64,000 nt of DNA from Hellea sp. Its GTDB lineage: Bacteria; Pseudomonadota; Alphaproteobacteria; Caulobacterales; Maricaulaceae. The DNA lies in contig JAOIVW010000014.1 in the NCBI GenBank assembly GCA_028224375.1, positions 8,767 to 72,766 on the forward strand, written 5' to 3'. This document shows positions 8,413-18,309 of this stretch, piece by piece; positions within the stretch are counted from its first letter, which is position 1; each line of letters opens with the position of its first letter. The notes under the pieces are model-generated. The model saw only the letters and a program-made list of their open reading frames with translations, did not search any database and was not told the origin of the DNA. The translations under genes were made by a program, and so were the position numbers.

Positions 8413-10098
8413 TTACTTGACCGGCTCTATTCGCATACGTCCGTAAAAGGCTCCCACGAACACGCGTCCGTCTTCATCAATGGTCGGGCCAGAGAACATA
8501 TTGTTATATTTTTGGCCGCCTAGGATGTAATGAAAAGTCGGTTCTCCTGTGAGCCAGTTGACCGCCTCTAACGTCCACTCATTATCCCGCGCGCCCATGA
8601 AATAGACTTGGCCAGACCCCGTTGAAACCCATGGCACGCCATTTGGCGAGCTGATGGTTTCGTTAACCCAAGCTTTTTCTAGGCGGCGCAGTTCTGGGTT
8701 CCATTCAAATTTTTGTACGCCGTAAGGTTGGAACTTTGGATTATTGCCAAGGGGGCCAATAGAGGCGCCGCGGCCTACTCCTTCCTTGGGCATGAAAAAG
8801 GGAGTGTTGCGGGGCGTATTATTGACGACTAATGCGCCGTAACCTGCCACGATAACCGTTTGCTCAGATTGTATTTTTGTGACCTTTTGTTCGCCCATAT
8901 CCGCAGGGGCTTGGCCAGCTATGCGGCGGGAGGGAGCCCCGTCAATTTGCTGCCAATCTTGCGGAATATCATCGCGCCACATCAGGACGACGTTCATGCG
9001 GATATCGCCATCTGTTAGGACGACGAAGCGGTCTTCATCGCCAAACCCCATCAGGCTGGGCGTTGCGCCTGAGCCTTCGACATGCCCATTGCGATATTCC
9101 GCTGTCCACGCGCCGTCGGCTTCGTCTGTCGAAAGTGCGTCGCCTGTCCAGATAATCTTATGAACATGGTTTCGCGAAATGGCATAGATGCCGCCATCTT
9201 TATCAATCGCGATTGAGTTACGCACCCAGCCATAACCCACACCGTTGCTCTGTGTGTCCTCACTATCTGCATGTGTCATTTGCACAGAACGATATTCGGT
9301 CAGGTCAGGCGAAACAGCTATCATAGTGCCGGTTTCCATGGGGAAGACAATCCAGCCATCATAAGTCATGTTCATGCCGACACTCGCGCCAGATAGCGCC
9401 TCGGGGAGTTGGAAGCGTGCAGCTTCAACTATTTTTGACCCTGCATCATCTTTCACGGCGTCAGTATAAGCAACAACAGAGCCGTCTTTGCGGGCGATAT
9501 AAAACCAGTCATTATCGCCGACAACCGTATAAACTCCAGACAGTGATTTTAACGGCAACATGGATTTTATAGCGGTAGGCATGGCGCTGGCGCCGTTATT
9601 CTTATCGAGCTTGGCAAGGATTTTATTGGCCCAGTCTTCGTTATATTTATCCGCCACGTCAGACGGTAAGTGGTCGATGATTTCATAGCTATCATCATCG
9701 AGCTTGAAGACGCCGTTGACGCCATTTGTCCACACAACGCGGCGGCCATCAGGGTAAAGGCTGGAGAGGCTGACGCCAAAATGACCGGGGCCTAGAAATT
9801 GATAATTTATCTCGCTGGCGTCTAAGCGGCGGGTCTGATCCATGGGACCTGGTATAGGCGTTGAATCTTGCTGGGCGGGGTCGCCATGCGGAATGGGGTT
9901 TACGCTCTGCGCGGCCATGAAATTTATTTCGGGGACATTCATATCCATCGGGGCGGAGGACGGATCCTCCATTTGCGGCGCGAGAGGTAAATCCAAATCA
10001 GGACGCGGCGGAGGCGGACCAAAATCGCAACTCTTTACCGCGAGCAACCCTATAAGGAGCACGCATAAAAGAGCAGCGATTTTTAAAAAGCGTTTGAT
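8413..10098 (-). CDS. Membrane-anchored/exported hypothetical protein, probable beta-propeller
   Basis: Long ORF in operon with ALDH; frame extends upstream of the GTG at 10062 to ATC-KRFLKIAALLCVLL behind RBS GAGGG. Confidence 0.75.
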   Translation of the reverse strand: MKRFLKIAALLCVLLIGLLAVKSCDFGPPPPRPDLDLPLAPQMEDPSSAPMDMNVPEINFMAAQSVNPIPHGDPAQQDSTPIPGPMDQTRRLDASEINYQFLGPGHFGVSLSSLYPDGRRVVWTNGVNGVFKLDDDSYEIIDHLPSDVADKYNEDWANKILAKLDKNNGASAMPTAIKSMLPLKSLSGVYTVVGDNDWFYIARKDGSVVAYTDAVKDDAGSKIVEAARFQLPEALSGASVGMNMTYDGWIVFPMETGTMIAVSPDLTEYRSVQMTHADSEDTQSNGVGYGWVRNSIAIDKDGGIYAISRNHVHKIIWTGDALSTDEADGAWTAEYRNGHVEGSGATPSLMGFGDEDRFVVLTDGDIRMNVVLMWRDDIPQDWQQIDGAPSRRIAGQAPADMGEQKVTKIQSEQTVIVAGYGALVVNNTPRNTPFFMPKEGVGRGASIGPLGNNPKFQPYGVQKFEWNPELRRLEKAWVNETISSPNGVPWVSTGSGQVYFMGARDNEWTLEAVNWLTGEPTFHYILGGQKYNNMFSGPTIDEDGRVFVGAFYGRMRIEPVK

Positions 10099-10112
10099 GG
10101 TGTCCCTCGAAT

Positions 10113-11522
10113 TTACTTTTTAAGGCCCTTCATAATCAGTCCTGAATATTTATCCGAGTAAGGCGGGAGCTGTATGAGGAAGTCTCTAAATTTATCCAGC
10201 GGTTGATGCACGATAGAGCGCTCATTGGACATGGATTGAAATCCTGCGAAGCCGCCAATACGTCCCATGCCTGATGTCCCGATACCGCCCATGGGCAGAC
10301 GCGGATTTGTTCCGGCCTGCACGCAGTTATTATTCACGACAGCGGAGCCCGAAGATGTGTTGGTTAGGAAATATTCAATCGCTTCATTATCCGTTGAATA
10401 AATATAAAGCGCCAGCGGGTTACGGCGCGGTTTGATATAATCCAGCACCTCTTCGCGGTTTTTATATCCCACGACACAGAGGACAGGCCCGAAGACTTCC
10501 TCTTGCATAATGGCCATGTCTTCAGTGACATCGGTCAGGATTGTAGGCTCCACATAATTCGCTTTTATATTGGCAGACCCGCCGCTGACAACGGTTGCGC
10601 CTTTTTTAACAGCGTCGTCGATGAGGGTTTTGACGCGCTGGGTGTGACGTTCATTAATAATCCGCGGCACATAGTTCGAGCTCTCAAGGCCTGCGCCGTC
10701 CGAATTATATTGCGCGTTGATTTGCTCAGATATCAGGCGCTGGAACTCGTCTTTTACGCTCTCATGGACAATGGCATAATCGGGCGCGATGCAGACTTGG
10801 CCTGCATTCATAACGCGGCCCCAAGCGAGCTTGGCCGCCGCATTTTCCAGCTTGGCGGTCTCGTCAATAATGACGGGGTTTTTACCGCCCATTTCCAGCG
10901 TGATAGAGGTGAGGTTGTCCGCCGCCGCTTTCATCACAATTTTCCCGACGGCCGTGCCGCCTGTATAATAGATATGATCAAAGGGCAGGGAGATTAAAGT
11001 CTTGGCTGTTTCAACATCTCCGACAAAGACATCAACTTCATCAGGCTTAAACGCGGCGCTGACGATGTCTTTGATGATATGAGCTGATTTTGGCGCGAGT
11101 TCAGAAGGTTTAATCGCGCAGCTATTTCCAGAGCAAATCGCGGCAATCAGCGGAACAAAGCTCTCAACGGTCGGGGCGTTATAAGCCGCCATATTGAGGA
11201 CAACGCCCTTAGACTGATATCTAATTTCGCAGCGCTTACCGATGGTTGATAATGAGTTTTTGACTTTCTTTGGCTTCATCCAACTGGCGACATGTTTGCG
11301 GGCATAGTCAATCTCGCTTTTGAGCATGACAAGTTCCGCTGCAATATCGAGCTCATGACAGCCGCGCTCTTCAGCGCCCGCATCAAATAGGACTTGCTTT
11401 TTATCAAGAATGGCTTCCCACAGAGCGGTCAGTTTTTGAGCGCGTTCTTCTGCGCTTGAATTACGCAGACGAGAGGTCGAGCTTTGCAGGGCTTCAAAGC
11501 GGGATTGAATATCTTTCGCCAT
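10113..11522 (-). CDS. Aldehyde dehydrogenase (class 3 / fatty-aldehyde type)
   Basis: IKPSE, YTGG, LEMGGKNP, GQVCIAPDY, EEVFGP. Confidence 0.92.
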   Translation of the reverse strand: MAKDIQSRFEALQSSTSRLRNSSAEERAQKLTALWEAILDKKQVLFDAGAEERGCHELDIAAELVMLKSEIDYARKHVASWMKPKKVKNSLSTIGKRCEIRYQSKGVVLNMAAYNAPTVESFVPLIAAICSGNSCAIKPSELAPKSAHIIKDIVSAAFKPDEVDVFVGDVETAKTLISLPFDHIYYTGGTAVGKIVMKAAADNLTSITLEMGGKNPVIIDETAKLENAAAKLAWGRVMNAGQVCIAPDYAIVHESVKDEFQRLISEQINAQYNSDGAGLESSNYVPRIINERHTQRVKTLIDDAVKKGATVVSGGSANIKANYVEPTILTDVTEDMAIMQEEVFGPVLCVVGYKNREEVLDYIKPRRNPLALYIYSTDNEAIEYFLTNTSSGSAVVNNNCVQAGTNPRLPMGGIGTSGMGRIGGFAGFQSMSNERSIVHQPLDKFRDFLIQLPPYSDKYSGLIMKGLKK

Positions 11523-11525
11523 GAG

Positions 11526-12404
11526 CTAACCTTTACCGTATTGTGGAATGCCGACAGCTTTTTGAATTGTCTTTTCAAAGCCGCGCTCTGACATGAGGTT
11601 GAGCATGACCTTCATCGGTTTGACATCCTTGCCGACTAGATAGCGGGGCTTCCATGTTTTCTTCTCAAGAAGCGCCAGAACTTCGTCGGTCACATAATCA
11701 GGTGTGTTTCCTTTATTGATAGCTTCGACCATTTTGACGGTGGTTGTTTCTTTCAGGTGTGGTTCGTAAACCGATTTCACCTCATCAGAAATACCTTTCC
11801 AAATGTCTTTAGTTGTTTCCTCGGCATTGGCGGTCATATGCGTTTTAACGGCGCCAGGCTCAATAGAGGTGACTTCGATGCCAAAAGGCGCAAGCTCATT
11901 ACGCAGCGTGCAGGTAAGTCCTTCGACCGCCCATTTGGACATATTGTAACTGCCTGAACAGACGGGATTTGCGCGCACCGCGCCAGAGGCAAAATTAATG
12001 ATGCGAGAGTTAGGCGCGCCTTTGCGGATCATCGGCAGGAAGGCTTGGGTGACGCGCATCGGACCAAATGTATTGATCTCAAAGAGAATACGCATTTCAT
12101 CCATATTGATGCCTTCAATTGGGCCCGTGCCTTTATTGGCAATGCCTGCATTATTGATGAGCAAATCCAAAGCGCCATTATCAAGATGTTTTGCAACGAC
12201 TTCTGCGCTGGCCGTGACGGACGCGTCTGACGTGACGTCTTGCTCGACGACAACGATATTCTCATGGCTGCCAAGCTCAGAGGTGTCGGCCCCAGGGAGG
12301 ACACCCGCAAAAACTTTCCAGCCCCGCTCGGCCAGTTTGCGTGCTTTCATTGCGCCCATGCCCATGGCGGCCCCTGTGATAAAGGCTGATTTTTGCTGAG
12401 CCAT
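11526..12404 (-). CDS. SDR oxidoreductase (17beta-HSD/RDH-like subfamily)
   Basis: TGAAMGMG, NNAG, YNMSK, IEPG. Confidence 0.9.
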   Translation of the reverse strand: MAQQKSAFITGAAMGMGAMKARKLAERGWKVFAGVLPGADTSELGSHENIVVVEQDVTSDASVTASAEVVAKHLDNGALDLLINNAGIANKGTGPIEGINMDEMRILFEINTFGPMRVTQAFLPMIRKGAPNSRIINFASGAVRANPVCSGSYNMSKWAVEGLTCTLRNELAPFGIEVTSIEPGAVKTHMTANAEETTKDIWKGISDEVKSVYEPHLKETTTVKMVEAINKGNTPDYVTDEVLALLEKKTWKPRYLVGKDVKPMKVMLNLMSERGFEKTIQKAVGIPQYGKG

Positions 12405-12432
12405 TATTATCTCCCCTGATTGTTTTTGACTT

Positions 12433-12449
12433 TCCGAATGACGTTCAGA
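12433..12449. promoter_or_regulatory. Palindromic operator (TetR-type), copy 1
   Basis: TCCGAATGACGTTCAGA; TTGACT -35-like hexamer on the minus strand (12475-12470) starts 26 bp upstream. Confidence 0.65.
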
Positions 12450-12479
12450 AAAGCCTATGGTTGGTCTTAAGTCAAGCGA

Positions 12480-13790
12480 TCAGAAATCAAAAATGCGTGT
12501 CTGCCAGTCTGGCGTCAAAAGCTGTTCTTGTCGTTGCGGGTTGACGATGTCGCGTATGTATATGTCGATACCGCCATCCGCTGCTGGGAAGAACATGATA
12601 TTGTCACCCACATCTTGCGGGTAAATCTGTTGCGGCTGTTGGGTGCCAAAGCGCACATCATAAACTGGCATCTTGCTTTGATTGTTCAGAGAGATGATGG
12701 GGTTTTTCACATCCAGCTCTGGGTTGGTATAGCCGAGGCGCAGACAATCGGCGAGCAGGTTGAGCCTGTCTTTGACATCATCTGCCGTCGTCTCGGCTTG
12801 GCGCTGTTTGAAATATTTCGCCAAATCGCCGCGAGAGGTGTTTTGTAACCCGTCAGGAAAGGCGGCTTTGTCGATATGGATGAGGATGGCGTTGCCGACA
12901 TATTGTGACTGCGCCGCTGAGTCCGCTTCAAAATAGCGGCCCCGCAAATCCAAAAGCTGCCCAATCTGCATCTCAGTTTTGATATCGTTGCCATAGCTTA
13001 ATTTTGCCATCAAAGATGTGAAATGGGCACAGAGCGCAACATTGGTGCTGATCCAGTCCTCTCCGCTTTCTGTCAAAACGCTTTGCTTAAGACGGCTTAC
13101 ATCGTCAGGCGTGAAATGAATTTTGGCAGGCACATTGTGACGAATACTCTTATCCATAGCCTTGAGGATGAGGGATTTGATGACCCCGCCCAGCAAGCCC
13201 TTAATCGGAATGGGTTTGGGCAGCCCCCGCCGCTTCAAGGCTTTGAGCACATCGCTCTTGAACCGCACTGTCCTAAATTCAAAGACATCTAAATGGGTCT
13301 CAAAAGGAAATACAGGCGGTGTTTTTGCTAAGCTGATGGCCGTGTAAATGTCGCCTAAATGGCGCATCAATAAGTGATAGCCTGCGGCATCGGTTAGAAC
13401 ATGGCTTATGGCCATACCAAATATTACGCCGCCATCGCTAAACTCTGTCAGGGTAAAGGTTGAGAGGGCAGCTCGGCCTCTTAAAACATCCTTTCGGTTG
13501 GGCTCTTGGATGAAATTGGGCCTGCCGCTTGCCGCAAGTACATCGCTCAATTTGCCAGAGTGACTTCTACGGGTGAGGGTGACGGGGTCATCTGCGCGTC
13601 GAATGTGACCTTGTTTTGCATGGTAGCGCCCAGATAGAGCGGGGAATTGAGACAGTAAAGCCGCAATAGCTCTGGCCAAAATATCTGTATCCAATCCGCC
13701 CGCAAAGGCATATTGCAGCCCGATAAAATTGCCATAAAGCAGATGGTTTTCGTCAATGGGGCTGACTGGATGGATGGACGCTTTGCTCAA
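12480..13790 (-). CDS. BAHD/'Transferase'-like CoA-dependent acyltransferase
   Basis: HxxxD motif (ISHVLTDAAG), FPALSGRY, C-terminal PVYDVRFG resembling the DFGWG region; TTG start directly after the upstream SDR. Confidence 0.7.
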   Translation of the reverse strand: MSKASIHPVSPIDENHLLYGNFIGLQYAFAGGLDTDILARAIAALLSQFPALSGRYHAKQGHIRRADDPVTLTRRSHSGKLSDVLAASGRPNFIQEPNRKDVLRGRAALSTFTLTEFSDGGVIFGMAISHVLTDAAGYHLLMRHLGDIYTAISLAKTPPVFPFETHLDVFEFRTVRFKSDVLKALKRRGLPKPIPIKGLLGGVIKSLILKAMDKSIRHNVPAKIHFTPDDVSRLKQSVLTESGEDWISTNVALCAHFTSLMAKLSYGNDIKTEMQIGQLLDLRGRYFEADSAAQSQYVGNAILIHIDKAAFPDGLQNTSRGDLAKYFKQRQAETTADDVKDRLNLLADCLRLGYTNPELDVKNPIISLNNQSKMPVYDVRFGTQQPQQIYPQDVGDNIMFFPAADGGIDIYIRDIVNPQRQEQLLTPDWQTRIFDF

Positions 13791-13792
13791 AT

Positions 13793-14554
13793 CTAAAACG
13801 CGTCAGGGCGAAGCTGCGCGTCCGTACCGCCATCGACGTAGATAATGCTGCCTTGCATATATTCTGCGGGGTCAGACAGCATAAATTCGATGACCCCTGC
13901 AATCTCATCAGCTGATGCGACGCGTGTTTTGGGAATTGGAATCATATCGACACTTTTGCCTATAACAGGATGATCGGCTGCGCCGCGAAACATTGGCGTT
14001 TCCGTCATGCCGGGGGCGATGGCATTGAGTGTGATACCTGCCTGTCCCCACTCGGCAGCGCGGCGGCGCACGGCGCGGGCGACAGCATGTTTTGACGTGC
14101 CATATGTCAGCGCGCCGTGAGCGTCCCCGATAAGCTCCATGGCTTTGTCTTCATCACCGTCTAGCATAGCTAGCACAAAAGGCGTTTTTGGGTCGGTACG
14201 CATTTGGGCGGAGTTGGAGGAGATGACAACAACGCGTCCATCAACTGCGGCGAGGGCGTCTTTGAATCCATCTAAGAGGGAGATGCAGCCAAAGTAGTTC
14301 ACCTTCGCGACTAATTGGCCATCCTCCAAATGCCCTCCAAGACCTGCGGCGAGAACAAGGCGGTCAATTTTTCCGCCTGACATCTCAAGGGCTTGGTCGA
14401 TAGCGGATTGCCGTCCTATGGGCGTGGAGAGGTCAGCATTTATATCTGCGCCCTTTAAATCAATTCCAATAATACGGTGTCCTTGGGCGGCTAACCGTTT
14501 GGCCGTGCAAGCGCCTATACCTGACGCTGATCCTGAAATAACGGCTATGCCCAT
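13793..14554 (-). CDS. hsdA: 3alpha-hydroxysteroid dehydrogenase/carbonyl reductase-like SDR
   Basis: MGIAVISGSASGIG, ADLSTPIGR, LVLAAGLG, YGTSK, DGGTDAQLRPDAF closely follow Comamonas 3alpha-HSD; start at ATG 14554. Confidence 0.8.
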   Translation of the reverse strand: MGIAVISGSASGIGACTAKRLAAQGHRIIGIDLKGADINADLSTPIGRQSAIDQALEMSGGKIDRLVLAAGLGGHLEDGQLVAKVNYFGCISLLDGFKDALAAVDGRVVVISSNSAQMRTDPKTPFVLAMLDGDEDKAMELIGDAHGALTYGTSKHAVARAVRRRAAEWGQAGITLNAIAPGMTETPMFRGAADHPVIGKSVDMIPIPKTRVASADEIAGVIEFMLSDPAEYMQGSIIYVDGGTDAQLRPDAF

Positions 14555-14568
14555 GACATGTCTCTCTG

Positions 14569-14674
14569 TTCTAATTGCGTAGTAACTAGCCTTATAATTT
14601 ACGCAAATCGAGATAAAATTGCTTTTCAGTCTTAAAAATCGTAGCCATAGTCCATAAAAATAACGCATTCTGAG
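14569..14674. promoter_or_regulatory. Operator array B (4 boxes, 31-bp period) in divergent promoter
   Basis: TTCTAATTGCGTA (14569), TACGCAAATCGAG (14600), CTTAAAAATCGTA (14631), AACGCATTCTGAG (14662). Confidence 0.85.
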
Positions 14675-14680
14675 GTATCT

Positions 14681-15445
14681 ATGAGTGATTTTCCAAATGG
14701 AGCCGCTATCGTTTTCGGCGCGACGGGCGGTATTGGGCGCGTTGTTTGTCTTGAACTCGCTAAAGCTGGAAGCGATGTTGCGATTATATGGCGCTCTAAA
14801 GAAGACGCCGCGAAAATCCTCGCCAAAGAGATTGAAAGTCTGGACTGCAGAGCGAGTATCCATCAGTGTGACGTCTTAATTGAGGGGGCGTCCAAGGCAG
14901 CGATAAAGGCGGCTGAGCAAACACATGGTCGGCTTCACACACTTGTCTGGGGCGCAGGGCCTCTTGTGGAGCAAGTTTATGTCGCCGATACGACGCGTGA
15001 GCAATGGCACAAAGCCGTTAATGTTGAGGTTCACGGATTCTTTGATACTGCTCAAATCGCTATACATCATATGCGAGAGCAGGGCGGGTCCATCATTCAC
15101 CTCGGCTCGGCGGGCGATCTCAGCTGGCCGGATAAAGACGTTCTCTCCGTCGCGCCAAAGGCGGCTAATGAAAGCCTGATTAAGGCGATTGCCCGCGAAG
15201 AAGGTAAGAATAATATTCGCGCCAATTCAGTTTTAATAGGCGTCATCGAGGCTGGGATGTTCTTAGAATTATCCAAACAAGGTGTTTTTGATGAGGCTTG
15301 GACGGCTGACGTGCAAAAGAACTTAGCGCTTAAACGTTGGGGCCAGCCTGAAGAAGTTGGTCATGCTGTGGTCTTTTTAGCGTCCTCAAAAGCGGCCTAT
15401 GTCACGGGTCAACAAATTGCAGTCGCCGGCGGATATGGCCTGTGA
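14681..15445 (+). CDS. Atypical SDR oxidoreductase
   Basis: GATGGIG; catalytic YxxxK replaced by SVAPK; YVTGQQIAVAGG C-terminus. Confidence 0.85.
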   Translation: MSDFPNGAAIVFGATGGIGRVVCLELAKAGSDVAIIWRSKEDAAKILAKEIESLDCRASIHQCDVLIEGASKAAIKAAEQTHGRLHTLVWGAGPLVEQVYVADTTREQWHKAVNVEVHGFFDTAQIAIHHMREQGGSIIHLGSAGDLSWPDKDVLSVAPKAANESLIKAIAREEGKNNIRANSVLIGVIEAGMFLELSKQGVFDEAWTADVQKNLALKRWGQPEEVGHAVVFLASSKAAYVTGQQIAVAGGYGL

Positions 15446-15472
15446 GTCTCTCATAAATGGCGCTGCGACAGC

Positions 15473-15578
15473 GTCAGAATGCGTAACAAAAATACAACTA
15501 TGCTACGCAAAATGACGTTTTTGGCCCTAAATTGAGCTAAATCGCGCATTTTTGACGATATTTCTTGCGACTCTTGCA
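15473..15578. promoter_or_regulatory. Operator array C upstream of TonB-dependent receptor
   Basis: GTCAGAATGCGTA (15473), TACGCAAAATGAC (15504), weaker GCTAAATCGCGCA (15536) and TGCGACTCTTGCA (15566). Confidence 0.8.
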
Positions 15579-15660
15579 TTGCGCCCTTTTCCATTTTGGC
15601 TTAGGAAAATAGGTAATAAAGGCGAAAATGCCGCACGATATACTCAGGGGAGAGACAGAT

Positions 15661-18309
15661 ATGTCATCGAAAACTTTCAAAGGACTCACAGCACTTGCTG
15701 TTTCAACGTCAATGCTGGCCATCAGTGCGCCCGCTTTTGCGCAGCTTGATGAAATTATCGTTACGGCAGAAAAACGCTCAGAGAATTTGCAAGACGTTGC
15801 CATCGCGATTACGGCGTTTGACCTGGAAGCTCTCGAAACCAACCGTATTCAAGGCATCGAAGACCTCGCCACCTTTGCGCCAGGGGTTTACATTACGCCA
15901 AACCCCGCTGACCCAACAGGTGTGCGTGTAAATATTCGAGGGGTCGGCACATTTGACCCTCAAGTCGGGCAGGATAGCCGCGTTGCTATCTATCAAGACG
16001 GTGTCTACCTCGGAAAAACGCAAGGCTTAGCTGTGGATCAGCCAGACTTAGCGCGCGTAGAAATTGTTAAAGGACCGCAAGGTACTTTATATGGTCGAAA
16101 TACGGTTGCAGGCGCTATCAATCTTATTTCGGCAAGTCCTGACCCTACTGAATATACCGGGAGGCTGAGAGCTGAATATGGTAATTACAATCATAAAAAA
16201 GTGTCCGGGGCCGTAAATGTACCTCTTGGTGGGTCCGCTGCAGTGCGTGTGTCCGGGCTTTATCTTGATAGAGATGGTTGGGTTGATAATGAAGGGCCTG
16301 GAACTGACTTTGGTGGCGATAGGAAATATGGATTTCGAGGCGCCGTTGGATTTGATGTCGAAGAGGATGTTAGCGTTCAATTTACAGCCGACTATAACAA
16401 GACAGAAAAAGAGCCTCTTTTCTATCAATCTGTGACAGGTTTTGGTGAAAACAACCCTTTGTTTGGTCCCGCCATTACTACGTCCGACGGACGTCAGGAT
16501 GAAGTGACCACGAGCTTTTCTCCTGAGAGGGGCGATTCGGTGACCAAAGGTGTTTCAGCAATCGTCGATTGGCGGATTGCAGAGCAACATGATGTGAAAT
16601 TCACGGCAGCTTATCGAGAAGCTAACAGTTCTCGTTTCGTCTCGCTGGTCCCGACAGCTGATCCAGCTATCATCAATGCAATCACGGGTGGGTTTAACTC
16701 AGCGATTGCGCCTTTGCCATTCGCCTTTGGCGTAGCAGGGCAGGCGCTAAGACCTGATTTCGGGACACAATTTGATGGGTCTATTCCCGATCAAGGATTG
16801 TTTTTATCACAGCCTGGCGGAACAGACTCCTTGGATGATCATGATCAAACAAGTTTGGAATTGACCTATAATGGGGACTTTCTTGACGGGCGCTTAGAGT
16901 TTACGGGCGGTGCTTTTTATTATGACGAGTCAACCGGCGTTGAAGGGGGAGCAAACCTCGCCAATGCGAATGATTATCTTTTTGTTTTGGGGCAGTTCAG
17001 CCCGCTTGTAACAGCGCCAAATATTAGCGCCTTTATTGGCGGACTTGATGCAGCGTCGGGTCAAAACCCTGCTGGACCAGTACCGTTCCCGGTCACCGCC
17101 ACAGGACCAATTCCGGCTGCGGGTATTTTATTGGGTGCCTTACAAGGCGGATTTGGCGCAACCCCAGGCGCAGCTTTTCCGCTTATCCAGCAATTAGTTG
17201 GAAACGGGACAACCTGCGCGCAAACGGGTATGACCCCGATGCCGACTAATAATTTCTGTATTCCGACATTATCAGTAGCGCTGAACTCCGCGCTTCAAAC
17301 GACGACAAATGATCTGCGCATCGACACAACAGCTTATGCGCTTTATGGGCAGGCCACATATCATCTCACCGATGATTTTCGTATCATCGCGGGTCTGCGT
17401 TACTCAGATGAGAGCAAAGACGGTTTCGGACAAACGAAGTCCGCTTTCTTCAATGATAATATCACGCTTACAGGTAATATAATTGAGCCAAATATTGCTT
17501 CTTTTGATGAGGACTTTTTAGACCCCGCCGTGACACTAGAGTATGATTTCTCAGACGATATTCTGCTCTATGCCAGTTACAAAGAAAGCTTCCGCTCGGG
17601 CGGATTTAACGCGACGGCTTCTGCTTTCCGCACGCCGGGCGAAACCTTTGGCGCGGACTTTACGTTCGGATCTGAGACCCTGACGGCTTATGAAGGCGGC
17701 TTTAAAGGTGAGTTCATTGACAAGATTCGGCTAAACGTATCCGGCTTCTATTATGATTTCGACGATAGACAAAATACACTAGGGACGAACCCACTTATCG
17801 CGACGGAACGTGTCATTGTGAATGTGGATGATGAAATTTACGGTGTTGAGGCTGAGGGTCAATTCGCGGTTACCGATGAAATAACACTGGCGGGCAGTTA
17901 TTCCTATATTGACGGAACTGCAGGCGATATTACTAACCCCTTTACAGGGGAAATAGATCCATCATCGCGCTCAGAACTTCAGGGCACGCCGAAAAACTCC
18001 TTCCTTCTGTCAGCGAATTATGATGGCAATAATGGGATCTTCGGTAACGTAAGCTTTAGCTATAAAGACGATGTCCTACTGATCCCAGCAAATGACTTAC
18101 GCCTGCCGAGTATTAGTTTGGTCAATGGCCGTGTAGGTTATAACTTTGATATGGCCAACGGAAACAGAGCTACCTTTGCTGTATGGAGCCAAAACTTGCT
18201 GGATGAAGATTATCTCATTGACAGTTTACCGTTCGAGACATTTGCTTTCCGTACGCAAGTCTTTGGTCTGCCGCGTACTTATGGCGTCTCATTGGGAATT
18301 GATTTTTAA
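15661..18309 (+). CDS. TonB-dependent outer-membrane receptor
   Basis: Signal peptide, TonB box DEIIVTA, VEIVKGPQGTLYGRNTVAGAIN plug motif, PRTYGVSLGIDF C-terminus. Confidence 0.95.
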   Translation: MSSKTFKGLTALAVSTSMLAISAPAFAQLDEIIVTAEKRSENLQDVAIAITAFDLEALETNRIQGIEDLATFAPGVYITPNPADPTGVRVNIRGVGTFDPQVGQDSRVAIYQDGVYLGKTQGLAVDQPDLARVEIVKGPQGTLYGRNTVAGAINLISASPDPTEYTGRLRAEYGNYNHKKVSGAVNVPLGGSAAVRVSGLYLDRDGWVDNEGPGTDFGGDRKYGFRGAVGFDVEEDVSVQFTADYNKTEKEPLFYQSVTGFGENNPLFGPAITTSDGRQDEVTTSFSPERGDSVTKGVSAIVDWRIAEQHDVKFTAAYREANSSRFVSLVPTADPAIINAITGGFNSAIAPLPFAFGVAGQALRPDFGTQFDGSIPDQGLFLSQPGGTDSLDDHDQTSLELTYNGDFLDGRLEFTGGAFYYDESTGVEGGANLANANDYLFVLGQFSPLVTAPNISAFIGGLDAASGQNPAGPVPFPVTATGPIPAAGILLGALQGGFGATPGAAFPLIQQLVGNGTTCAQTGMTPMPTNNFCIPTLSVALNSALQTTTNDLRIDTTAYALYGQATYHLTDDFRIIAGLRYSDESKDGFGQTKSAFFNDNITLTGNIIEPNIASFDEDFLDPAVTLEYDFSDDILLYASYKESFRSGGFNATASAFRTPGETFGADFTFGSETLTAYEGGFKGEFIDKIRLNVSGFYYDFDDRQNTLGTNPLIATERVIVNVDDEIYGVEAEGQFAVTDEITLAGSYSYIDGTAGDITNPFTGEIDPSSRSELQGTPKNSFLLSANYDGNNGIFGNVSFSYKDDVLLIPANDLRLPSISLVNGRVGYNFDMANGNRATFAVWSQNLLDEDYLIDSLPFETFAFRTQVFGLPRTYGVSLGIDF

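Noticed and set aside
14569-14674. Periodic boxes as a mini-CRISPR array
   Set aside because: Repeats are only 13 bp, degenerate and alternately oriented, spacers are 18 bp, they occur only in promoters, and no cas genes are present.
14555-14863. N-terminal extension of the 356-aa ORF
   Set aside because: It overlaps the divergent SDR and the operator array; homology to 3alpha-HSD starts at ATG 14554.
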